Shown here piece by piece: positions 55,742-63,728 of a stretch of DNA of 64,000 nucleotides. The stretch spans positions 8,389 through 72,388 of the forward strand of contig JAUQWQ010000076.1 in assembly GCA_030835085.1 (NCBI GenBank), written 5' to 3'. The notes below the pieces were generated by a model, which ran no database searches, had not been told where the DNA came from, and saw only the letters and a list, made by a program, of their open reading frames with translations. Every line of letters begins with the position of its first letter. Position 1 is the first letter of the stretch. The DNA is from Ignavibacteria bacterium (GTDB lineage: Bacteria; Bacteroidota; Ignavibacteria; Tepidaquicellales; OLB5). A program made the position numbers and the translations under genes.

Positions 55742-57439
55742 ATGATAAAAATGAATACAGATTATTTAAAAATTAAGAAGTTTTTTTTCAGTTTTCTTGT
55801 TATGGCAGTATTATTTCCTTTTGCCATTTACTCACAATCACCGGGAAACCCGGTAAGCATTGCAGGTAATCATCAAACAAATCCTGTGATGACTACCGAT
55901 GGAAGCGGCGGAACGATCATTGCCTGGCAGGATAACCGTAATGGCAAATACGAGATCTACGCGCAGAGAATGAATGGTGACGGCAATGCAGTATGGAGTG
56001 TTAACGGTCTGCCTGTTTGCCAGCAGGATAGTAATTTTAAACCAATGATAGTAAGCGATGGCTCCGGCGGTGCAATTATTGCATGGCAGTCATACCGCGG
56101 AAGTTCGACCGCTGATATTTACGCGCAGCGTATAAATTCAACCGGTAATATTATGTGGAGCTTAAATGGTCTCCCTGTTTGTGTAGTTGTTTTTGAGCAG
56201 GATACCATTTCAATGGTAAGTGATGGCCTGGGGGGTGCTATACTTACCTGGCAGGATTACCGCAGTAATAATGGTTTTGCTGATATATATGCACAGCGTA
56301 TTAACCCAAGCGGTACAATGATATGGACCGCAAACGGAGTAAATATCTGCAACCAGGCCGCATCACAGCGCGGACCGAAAATAATCGGCGATGGTTCAGG
56401 CGGCGCTTTCATAACATGGTATGATAACAGGGCAGGCAATTATGATATATATTCGCAGCGAGTTGCCTCAGCGGGTGCCGTAGTATGGACAACAAACGGT
56501 GTTGCCACATGTACAATGGCAGCTGATCAATTGACACCTGATGTTGCCGGAGACGGTGCCGACGGGGTCATTATTACCTGGACGGATTACAGAAGCTCAA
56601 CTGATTTTAATATTTACGCACAAAGAGTGGGTCCTTCAGGCGCAATTGTTTGGGTTGTAGATGGTGTAGTTATGAACAATAATGTAGCATACGCTCAAAC
56701 AGATCCTAAGATCGTTAGTGATGGTTTAGGCGGTGCGATAATTTCGTGGACTGATTACAGAACCGGAATTACTGCTGATATTTATGCACAGCGGGTGAAT
56801 TCAACCGGGGCTGTTCAGTGGACTGCTACGGGTGTAATAATCTGTACTGCATCAGGAGACCAGATATTTTCTCAGTTAACAAGCGATGGTAATAACGGAG
56901 CTTATATTACCTGGGAAGATCACAGGAATGCAGGAAATTCTGATATATACGCGCAGCGAATTTCTTCAAATTCTGCATTGAACTGGGCAGCTACAGGTTA
57001 TGAAATATGCACAATTGCCAGTGACCAGCTAAGGCCTAATTTAGTCAGTAACGGAAACCTGGGGGCAATTGTTGTATGGCAGGATTACAGAAGCGGCAGC
57101 AGTTTTGATGTTTATGAAGTTGGTTTTAACACAACAGGAATTATAGGAATTGATCCGTTTGGCAATCTTACTCCCTCTGAATATTCTTTATCGCAGAATT
57201 TTCCTAATCCGTTCAATCCGGTTACCACTATAAACTATGGGCTTAGATCATCCGGAAATGTTAAAGTAAGTATATACAGCATACTCGGTGAAAATGTAAG
57301 TGTGCTGGTAAATGAAGTGCAAAATGCAGGGGAATACTCAGTAATATGGGACGCTTCAGGCTTTCCCAGCGGAGTATACTTCTATAAGCTTGAGTCAGGT
57401 TCATTTACATCACACAAAAAAATGATATTGATCAAATAA
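55742..57439 (+). CDS. secreted protein with about 8 tandem repeats of roughly 55 aa and a T9SS C-terminal sorting domain
   Basis: 565 aa with a signal peptide. Repeat consensus by eye: SDGxGGAIIxWxDYRxxxxxDIYAQR(I/V)NSxGxxxWxxNGVxxC. CTD QNFPNPFNPVTTINYG...KKMILIK. Confidence 0.75.
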   Translation: MIKMNTDYLKIKKFFFSFLVMAVLFPFAIYSQSPGNPVSIAGNHQTNPVMTTDGSGGTIIAWQDNRNGKYEIYAQRMNGDGNAVWSVNGLPVCQQDSNFKPMIVSDGSGGAIIAWQSYRGSSTADIYAQRINSTGNIMWSLNGLPVCVVVFEQDTISMVSDGLGGAILTWQDYRSNNGFADIYAQRINPSGTMIWTANGVNICNQAASQRGPKIIGDGSGGAFITWYDNRAGNYDIYSQRVASAGAVVWTTNGVATCTMAADQLTPDVAGDGADGVIITWTDYRSSTDFNIYAQRVGPSGAIVWVVDGVVMNNNVAYAQTDPKIVSDGLGGAIISWTDYRTGITADIYAQRVNSTGAVQWTATGVIICTASGDQIFSQLTSDGNNGAYITWEDHRNAGNSDIYAQRISSNSALNWAATGYEICTIASDQLRPNLVSNGNLGAIVVWQDYRSGSSFDVYEVGFNTTGIIGIDPFGNLTPSEYSLSQNFPNPFNPVTTINYGLRSSGNVKVSIYSILGENVSVLVNEVQNAGEYSVIWDASGFPSGVYFYKLESGSFTSHKKMILIK

Positions 57440-57747
57440 AATATCGGAAGAAAATTTTGCTTAACAGAATATTTTTTATAGTTATCGTAATTCTTGCAGT
57501 GCTGTATTTTAGCTTTACGATCTTAACAATGGCAGGCAGATAATAAGTAAACTGATTAAATAATTTACAAAGTGATTTTTCAGGCAGTGGCGGAATGAAA
57601 AAATAATTACTTCAAAATAAAGCGAACTGTAACTTAGTTTTCTCCTACTTAAGTTACCGTTTTTTTGGGGGACCTTAAAGGTTCCTCATTTCCGCCACGC
57701 TTGAATTTTTTGAGGAACAAAAATTTATTAAAAATAAGGAAAAGACA

Positions 57748-58119
57748 ATGACAACAAAAAGAACGGGTGGTTTTGTATTAAGTTTTCTCATTGGCAGTGC
57801 CGTTGGAAGCGCAATTGCATTAATGTTCGCACCGAAATCAGGAAGAAATTTGAGAAATGACATCAGCAGGAAGACGGGTGAATTGATAGACCAGGGTAAA
57901 AAATTAACCTATGATTCCTGGAACGGGGCAAAAGAAACTGCAGAAACTACTTTTGAAAGTGCAAATGAATTTCTCAATTCAGGCGTAGAGAAGATTGTTG
58001 GTAAAGCTGAACGCGTGAAGGATTCTTTTAAAACCGGAATTGAAGCATTCAAAGAAGAACGCAGATCTTCTAAAGATACCGGCAGCCCGGCAAAAAAAGA
58101 AGCAGATAAAACATATTAA
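57748..58119 (+). CDS. YtxH domain protein
   Basis: 123 aa. GFVLSFLIGSAVGSAIALMFAPKSGRNLRNDI is the YtxH signature, followed by a helical charged tail. Confidence 0.75.
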   Translation: MTTKRTGGFVLSFLIGSAVGSAIALMFAPKSGRNLRNDISRKTGELIDQGKKLTYDSWNGAKETAETTFESANEFLNSGVEKIVGKAERVKDSFKTGIEAFKEERRSSKDTGSPAKKEADKTY

Positions 58120-58298
58120 CACATTAAGATTTTCAGTTTTCCTTCAATAATGTTGCAGTAACAGCAGCATTAAGACGTCATCATAGTAATTGCAGAGATA
58201 ATAATTTTTTACACTTATGATAAAGCTTGTAACACTTTATTTTATCTCTGCAATACTTTTAAAACGGCATTTAATCTAAATATAAAAGGAGCAAAAAC

Positions 58299-58448
58299 AT
58301 GTTGTGGACAATATTTATAATTCTGGTAGTACTTTGGCTGGTTGGCTTTGTAAGCTCATATACTATGGGCGGATTTATTCATATCCTGCTTGTAGCGGCA
58401 GTAATAATTCTGGTCTTTAGACTGGTAACCGGCAGAAAAGTTGCTTAA
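58299..58448 (+). CDS. lmo0937-family small membrane protein (49 aa)
   Basis: Hand translation: MLWTIFIILVVLWLVGFVSSYTMGGFIHILLVAAVIILVFRLVTGRKVA*. RBS aaaggag. Below the ORF-track cut-off. Confidence 0.65.
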   Translation: MLWTIFIILVVLWLVGFVSSYTMGGFIHILLVAAVIILVFRLVTGRKVA

Positions 58449-58485
58449 ACCTTAAATTAAATAAAGATTATAAATAATCAATATT

Positions 58486-58893
58486 ATGGCTAATATACTG
58501 AAGTATGCAGCTTTTATTCTTGTTATGATGCTGATAATTACTATTGGTGTGATGTACTACAGTAATGATAAAACTCAGAATACTGAGCATCAATCAGCAA
58601 ACAAAACGGTCCAAAATGAATCAACCAGCGAACAGTACAAGATATTCTTCAATTTTAACGGTGATGAAACCCAAATAATTGATCTTATAAAAGGGACAGC
58701 CGAAATTATACTGGTTTATGAAGGAACTTCTGAATTTACAGCCAGGATATTTAACACAGACGGTACACTTTTTACTGAACTGGTTGATACACACGGACCC
58801 ATAAATGATAAACAAATTATTTCTGTTCCTAAAACCGGCGCATATCTGCTGGAAGTGAAAACTACCGGTGAATGGTCAATGAACAGAAAATAG
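58486..58893 (+). CDS. hypothetical membrane-anchored protein
   Basis: 135 aa with an N-terminal TM and a beta-rich C-terminal domain. No motif recognised. Confidence 0.45.
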   Translation: MANILKYAAFILVMMLIITIGVMYYSNDKTQNTEHQSANKTVQNESTSEQYKIFFNFNGDETQIIDLIKGTAEIILVYEGTSEFTARIFNTDGTLFTELVDTHGPINDKQIISVPKTGAYLLEVKTTGEWSMNRK

Positions 58894-58938
58894 ATCCAAA
58901 ATATTAATCAAAATTTCAAATAACTAAATAATTAATAA

Positions 58939-59619
58939 ATGAAACCAGTATTAAAATATTCCAAACAAGTCACAGCAATGTTATTCATAGCATTATTCGC
59001 ATTTATAGCGGGGTGTGCTGATGAGACAACAGACCCGAATACAACTTATGAAGATAACCCGAATGTATTTTCATTCGATAGCATCGGCGTAGATGAAGAT
59101 TCTGCGGCATTTTATTCATATACTGGGCTAAACCTTCTAAATGGTTCAAACACTCTTGATACAGCTGCTTCACGTGACTGCAGTTTGAATGACCAGAATA
59201 ACCTGGGAATGGATTTCTTTCTTCAGAATGGTCAGTTCCTGAACAGTCCTCTGCCTTCAGGATATGAGATAAGGTTTTTCAGGGTTTACTCTGATCTTAC
59301 TGCTCAGTCATTTGATACTCTATCGGCTATTTTTACAACTGGTCATGATAGTTTAAGGGCAATTGATTTTACCGAGGACGGCACCGGCGCATGGGGATAC
59401 TTTAACGCTCCGCTTAGCTCAGCCCCGGTATATTGTTTCTGGCTAAAGGGAAAAAAAGACGCAGGTGTAACACTCAGAAATGTATATGGTATTCTTCAGC
59501 CGCGCGAAGCAACAGACAGGCTTCCGTTTTCTGTATATGGTTACAGAATGTCATTCCGCGTAAGGATCAATACAAACGGCGATAACGATTTCAGGTCACA
59601 GATTTTAAGTGTGAATTGA
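58939..59619 (+). CDS. hypothetical lipoprotein
   Basis: 226 aa. Signal peptide plus lipobox FIAGCADE. Confidence 0.5.
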   Translation: MKPVLKYSKQVTAMLFIALFAFIAGCADETTDPNTTYEDNPNVFSFDSIGVDEDSAAFYSYTGLNLLNGSNTLDTAASRDCSLNDQNNLGMDFFLQNGQFLNSPLPSGYEIRFFRVYSDLTAQSFDTLSAIFTTGHDSLRAIDFTEDGTGAWGYFNAPLSSAPVYCFWLKGKKDAGVTLRNVYGILQPREATDRLPFSVYGYRMSFRVRINTNGDNDFRSQILSVN

Positions 59620-59674
59620 TAATAGTTCATTTTCAATAAAATGATTCTTTTAATAAATATGGAGCTGCAATACA

Positions 59675-59878
59675 ATGTATAAGTTAATTGTAAAAACAAT
59701 AGATGACAGCATTCTGCTTTTATCAGTAGTTGGAAGCAATGAACAAAGCCTGCTTGAATACGGTATCAATTTTGCAAGCGGAAAGGGGTACAGAAGGAAT
59801 GAGGTAGAAATTAATGTTACCAATTTTCCGGAAAAGTACCAAAAGACCTTTAAAGATTGCAGCATTTATGTTTATTAG
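59675..59878 (+). CDS. hypothetical small protein
   Basis: 67-aa ORF with no recognisable motif. An overlapping antisense ORF is equally long. Confidence 0.3.
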   Translation: MYKLIVKTIDDSILLLSVVGSNEQSLLEYGINFASGKGYRRNEVEINVTNFPEKYQKTFKDCSIYVY

Positions 59879-60053
59879 TTAAAAATGTGCCAAAATGACC
59901 AAAAAACAGGGGTTTTCAAATCATTCATAAGGTGTAGTTCTTAATTCATCCTATAGACTGATTGGAATACCCCGCAAATAAAGTTAGATTGTTATATCAA
60001 AGATTCAAATAAAAGGTTTCATAATTCACTAAACTAAAAGGAGATTTAAAAAA

Positions 60054-60836
60054 TTGAAAAAAGTTAATACATTAGTAGTTGTTTTAATGCTGCTTTTTGC
60101 CGCATCAGGCCTGAAAGCACAAACATTTGCCGTACCTAAATGGAACATACATTTCCATGGCGGATATACACTATCTTTGCCTGATCTAAAAGGAACATTC
60201 CCTGCAGACCTTGAATCAGGTAAAAATCCAACTCCGTATTTTGTGAATAACGGTTTCAACGCAGGAGCGGATATAAAGTATTACATAGATAAAAAAAGTA
60301 CCTTCGGCCTTCTTTTATCTTTAACATATACCGGCTTAAGCAGCGGCGATATCGGTGTCTCAAATCTTGATAGTAACAGTATTCTGGGTATCGGTTCAGG
60401 TACGTGGAGATCCAACATGAATATATTCACAATTGGTGTGGGTGCTGAATATGACTTTGCACCGAAGAGACCGGCTAACCCGTTTGTTAACGCTCAGTTT
60501 ACAACTAATATAATAGGCGGTAACACTAAGTTTGATCAAAGCGGCGGATTTGTTGAAAGTTATTCACGAGACATGTCTTCAGCAGTAAGATTCGGTGCTA
60601 TGTTTGCTGCCGGAGTTGATGTTAAGCTCAGCAAAAATGTAGGTATCGTTATTGGCGGCAGGTATTCATTTGCCAACCTGTTCGGCAAAGATTCAACAGA
60701 AAGCACAAGTACTACGTATGGTTTAAACGATAAAGAAACCACAACAATGAAGTCAAGGAAAATGGCTTATCTCCAGTTCTATGCAGGTGTAAGTTTATAT
60801 TTCGGTCAGCCTAAAAGACCTTTGAAGAAGAAATAA
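60054..60836 (+). CDS. outer-membrane beta-barrel protein (OmpW/porin-family-like)
   Basis: 260 aa. TTG start with aggag RBS, signal peptide ending LKAQ, alternating beta-strand pattern with an aromatic near the C-terminus (YFGQP). Confidence 0.6.
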   Translation: MKKVNTLVVVLMLLFAASGLKAQTFAVPKWNIHFHGGYTLSLPDLKGTFPADLESGKNPTPYFVNNGFNAGADIKYYIDKKSTFGLLLSLTYTGLSSGDIGVSNLDSNSILGIGSGTWRSNMNIFTIGVGAEYDFAPKRPANPFVNAQFTTNIIGGNTKFDQSGGFVESYSRDMSSAVRFGAMFAAGVDVKLSKNVGIVIGGRYSFANLFGKDSTESTSTTYGLNDKETTTMKSRKMAYLQFYAGVSLYFGQPKRPLKKK

Positions 60837-60849
60837 GATTGTAAACAAC

Positions 60850-60902
60850 GCTCATGTTTTGTACCGGATCGGAATGCCCTAAGCTCTGATCCGGTTATGA
60901 GC
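60850..60902 (+). terminator. compound hairpin downstream of the OMP gene (possible terminator)
   Basis: gctcat...accggatc-(17 nt)-gatccggt-t-atgagc followed by ttt. The T-run is weak. Confidence 0.35.
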
Positions 60903-61041
60903 TTTAACTTCCTTCTTTCGTAAGCTTGTTACCTCCCTTGTAAATACTCTAGATAAAATATGGTCAGCAAAATTTAAACAGATATCTGAAACAGATACCA
61001 AGTGCAGGGTTTATACCCTGTAAAATTAAAAGTAAACAACA

Positions 61042-61539
61042 ATGAAAACTTCAATTTATTCTTTATTATTCATGATCGCACTTACTGCTTCATCGTTTGG
61101 TCAGTTAAAAGAAGGCGATAACATGATGGGCGGTACCCTGGGTTTTTGGGCAAAAAATCAAACCCCGACTTTTGGTTTCAACTATGAAAACCAGGTAACA
61201 CAGGCTGGTATCGGTTCAATTGGGCTTGGCGCACTGCTCAGGTATTCCAGCTACCCCGATGACAGGTTTGAGAGATTTTCAAACGTATTTGTTGGCGGAC
61301 AGGCTAATTACCAGTTCAACCAGGTGGGCAGCGGAAAGTTTGTGCCGTTCCTTGGCGTTGTATTAGGGTTCTTTTCATCCTCACCTAACGGTAATTCCTT
61401 AAAGGAAAGCGGTTTATGGGCATGGGGACAGGCCGGGGGAAGATATTTCTTCAGTCCTGCAGTGGCGGGTGTTTTCAGGTTCGGGCTTGGCAACTTCAAC
61501 TTTAACGCACTTGAATTAGGCGTAGATTTTAAGTTCTAG
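61042..61539 (+). CDS. small outer-membrane beta-barrel protein
   Basis: 165 aa with a signal peptide and a C-terminal ...LELGVDFKF terminal-Phe signature. Confidence 0.55.
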   Translation: MKTSIYSLLFMIALTASSFGQLKEGDNMMGGTLGFWAKNQTPTFGFNYENQVTQAGIGSIGLGALLRYSSYPDDRFERFSNVFVGGQANYQFNQVGSGKFVPFLGVVLGFFSSSPNGNSLKESGLWAWGQAGGRYFFSPAVAGVFRFGLGNFNFNALELGVDFKF

Positions 61540-61579
61540 CTTTTTGATTCTAATTTAAAAAGAATTGAGTTTTTCAAAA

Positions 61580-62917
61580 ATGGATACAAAAATTATTTTA
61601 CGTTCTCTTAGCATCGTTTTGATCATGCTGGGTTCATTCATGTTCTATTCATGCACAAAAACAGCCGATGGCAACCTATCCAAGGACCAGTCAGGCGAAG
61701 AAAATAAAGATCTTGAAGCTACAGCTGTAGAAGATAAGGATCTGGCCGAATCAGATGAAGATCTTACAACAGTTGATTACAAAGAATTTTATGAACAGCT
61801 TGCGCCTCATGGCGAATGGATCCAGGTTAAACCTGAAGATATCGGCATGAAACCACAGACTGTTCAATCTGATCTCAAAAATAAGAGCGTCATCACGCTT
61901 TCCGGCCTTTTGGGAATTCAGAACGCTTACGCTTCTTCATACGAAAACAATGGATTAGTATATGTATGGAAACCTTCTCCAACTCTTGCGGTAATGAGTG
62001 TTGAAGGAGCAGACCCGGTTTACGTTCCCTACAGCAACGGTAAATGGGTAAATACAAAATCGGGCTGGTACTTCAAAGCAAATACTCCCCCCGAAGAAAC
62101 AACCTCACACTACGGAAGGTGGGTTAAAAACCCCGAAGCCGGCTGGTTATGGGTTCCGGGCAGAGTTTGGGCACCTGCATGGGTTGACTGGAAACAGAAC
62201 GACCAGTATGTATCATGGGCGCCTCTTCCTCCATCAGTTTACATGGTTAACGGCTCTATGAGCACGCCAGTAATTGATAACAGCAATTACATGATAGTTG
62301 AAAAAAAATACTTTGTTGAACCCGATGTTTATAAACACAACAATTACTATGATCAAAGCGGTGAGCGCATTCTTGTGAATGATTTTACGTCACTGGCAGG
62401 TTTGGTTTTAGTTGATAATATATTGGTGAACAGAGGTCCCGATGTAGGACTCATTCAGACAATTTACGGCAGGAATATTGAGCTTATCAGCATTCAGCCT
62501 GTAAGAACCTATACTGAAGTAAGATATACCGGTAATGAATATTATGTATTTAAACCGGGCTTCAAAAGGTACAAAAGCAAAGACAATAAAAAATTTAACG
62601 TTAATCAGCCCAAATCTTATAAAAAATACGGCGAGTGGAATGTGAACCGGTCCGATGGAAAAGATAATAAAGACTATGAAAAACAACTGAAAAATGAAGA
62701 GAAAGAAATAAAGAAGTATGAAAAGGAATTAAAAAAAGAAATTAAGAAGAGCGATGATGGAGATATGTATGATAAAAATAAGGGAAAAAAAGATGATGGA
62801 AATGTGAAAGATAATAACAAAAAAGGCAATGATAACAATGGCAACGAAAAAGGGAACAAACAAAACGGCAATGATGGCAACAAGGATAAAAATAACGGGA
62901 ACAAAAAAAATAAATAA
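61580..62917 (+). CDS. DUF6600/YXWGXW-like repeat protein with Lys/Asn/Gly low-complexity tail
   Basis: ORF 61565..62917. ATG at 61580 preferred. HYGRWVKNPEAGWLWVPGRVWAPAWVDW...WAPLPP. The last 100-odd residues are K/N/G/D/E-rich. Confidence 0.55.
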   Translation: MDTKIILRSLSIVLIMLGSFMFYSCTKTADGNLSKDQSGEENKDLEATAVEDKDLAESDEDLTTVDYKEFYEQLAPHGEWIQVKPEDIGMKPQTVQSDLKNKSVITLSGLLGIQNAYASSYENNGLVYVWKPSPTLAVMSVEGADPVYVPYSNGKWVNTKSGWYFKANTPPEETTSHYGRWVKNPEAGWLWVPGRVWAPAWVDWKQNDQYVSWAPLPPSVYMVNGSMSTPVIDNSNYMIVEKKYFVEPDVYKHNNYYDQSGERILVNDFTSLAGLVLVDNILVNRGPDVGLIQTIYGRNIELISIQPVRTYTEVRYTGNEYYVFKPGFKRYKSKDNKKFNVNQPKSYKKYGEWNVNRSDGKDNKDYEKQLKNEEKEIKKYEKELKKEIKKSDDGDMYDKNKGKKDDGNVKDNNKKGNDNNGNEKGNKQNGNDGNKDKNNGNKKNK

Positions 62918-62921
62918 AACA

Positions 62922-63626
62922 ATGAAAACTATAAATTTAAAATACAAAATAAGTGCGCTTATAATTATGGCATTTATTTCAATGGCGGCTTTTAATAGCT
63001 GCGGAGATTCAACAGTTTCAACCACACAGGCGGATAATCTGAGCTTCAGCGGAGTGAGCTCTGTTGATTCAGTTGGTGATAACCAGAATATCTTGATTCT
63101 TGATACAGTAAAGATCCTGATAAAGGATATAAAAGTAAAAGTAGCAAATAATAACGAGGATTCTACAAATTTCAAAGTTGGTCCATTTGTCTTATTTCTA
63201 AACCTTAATACAAATGTAAATGTTATCAGTACTGCTATTATTCCTGCAGGAAATTACAGGAAGATAAAGTTTGAAATTCATAAACTTGAAGATGCCGAAG
63301 CTATCCCTGATCCTGAATTTGCAGATGCAAACGGAAGGTATTCAGTTATAGTAAAAGGTACTTATCTTGGTGTGTACTTTGTATATAAATCAAGCAAATC
63401 AGCTCACCAGATTCTTCAGTTCCCCAATGATGTTCCTGTTTCGGTAGGAGCAGCGACTAATGTAACGCTGCTTGTAAAACCGTATATATGGTTCATAAAA
63501 GATAACGCTTACTTGAACCCAATGGATCCCACTAACATGAACGATATTGATAACAATATCAAAGACAACATTAAAAATAACTTCAAAGCTTTCAGGGATA
63601 ACGATAAAAACGGATTACCGGATTAG
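62922..63626 (+). CDS. hypothetical lipoprotein (DUF4382-like?)
   Basis: ORF 62829..63626. Preferred start MKTINLKYKISALIIMAFISMAAFNSCGD at 62922, which gives a signal peptide and lipobox. Confidence 0.5.
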   Translation: MKTINLKYKISALIIMAFISMAAFNSCGDSTVSTTQADNLSFSGVSSVDSVGDNQNILILDTVKILIKDIKVKVANNNEDSTNFKVGPFVLFLNLNTNVNVISTAIIPAGNYRKIKFEIHKLEDAEAIPDPEFADANGRYSVIVKGTYLGVYFVYKSSKSAHQILQFPNDVPVSVGAATNVTLLVKPYIWFIKDNAYLNPMDPTNMNDIDNNIKDNIKNNFKAFRDNDKNGLPD

Positions 63627-63648
63627 TATTTTACATTTAACTGGAAAA

Positions 63649-63678
63649 AGGGCAATTTAAAAATTGCCTTTTTTTTTG
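63649..63678 (+). terminator. rho-independent terminator
   Basis: ggcaattt-aa-aaattgcc stem followed by T9. Confidence 0.75.
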
Positions 63679-63728
63679 ATAAAAATATTCAAATAAAGAT
63701 AAAATTATGAAACTTAATAAGAGATATC

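Noticed and set aside
55860-57130. Periodic DNA repeats (about 165-170 nt period) as a possible CRISPR or other non-coding array
   Set aside because: The repeats lie inside one long open reading frame and correspond to protein repeats with synonymous and non-synonymous drift. There are no short invariant direct repeats separated by unique spacers.
62674-63175. Minus-strand ORFs 62674..62922 and 62729..63175 (Phe/Leu/Ser-rich)
   Set aside because: They are antisense shadows of the Lys/Asn/Gly low-complexity tail and of the following lipoprotein gene. Their composition mirrors the AAA/AAT-rich sense strand.
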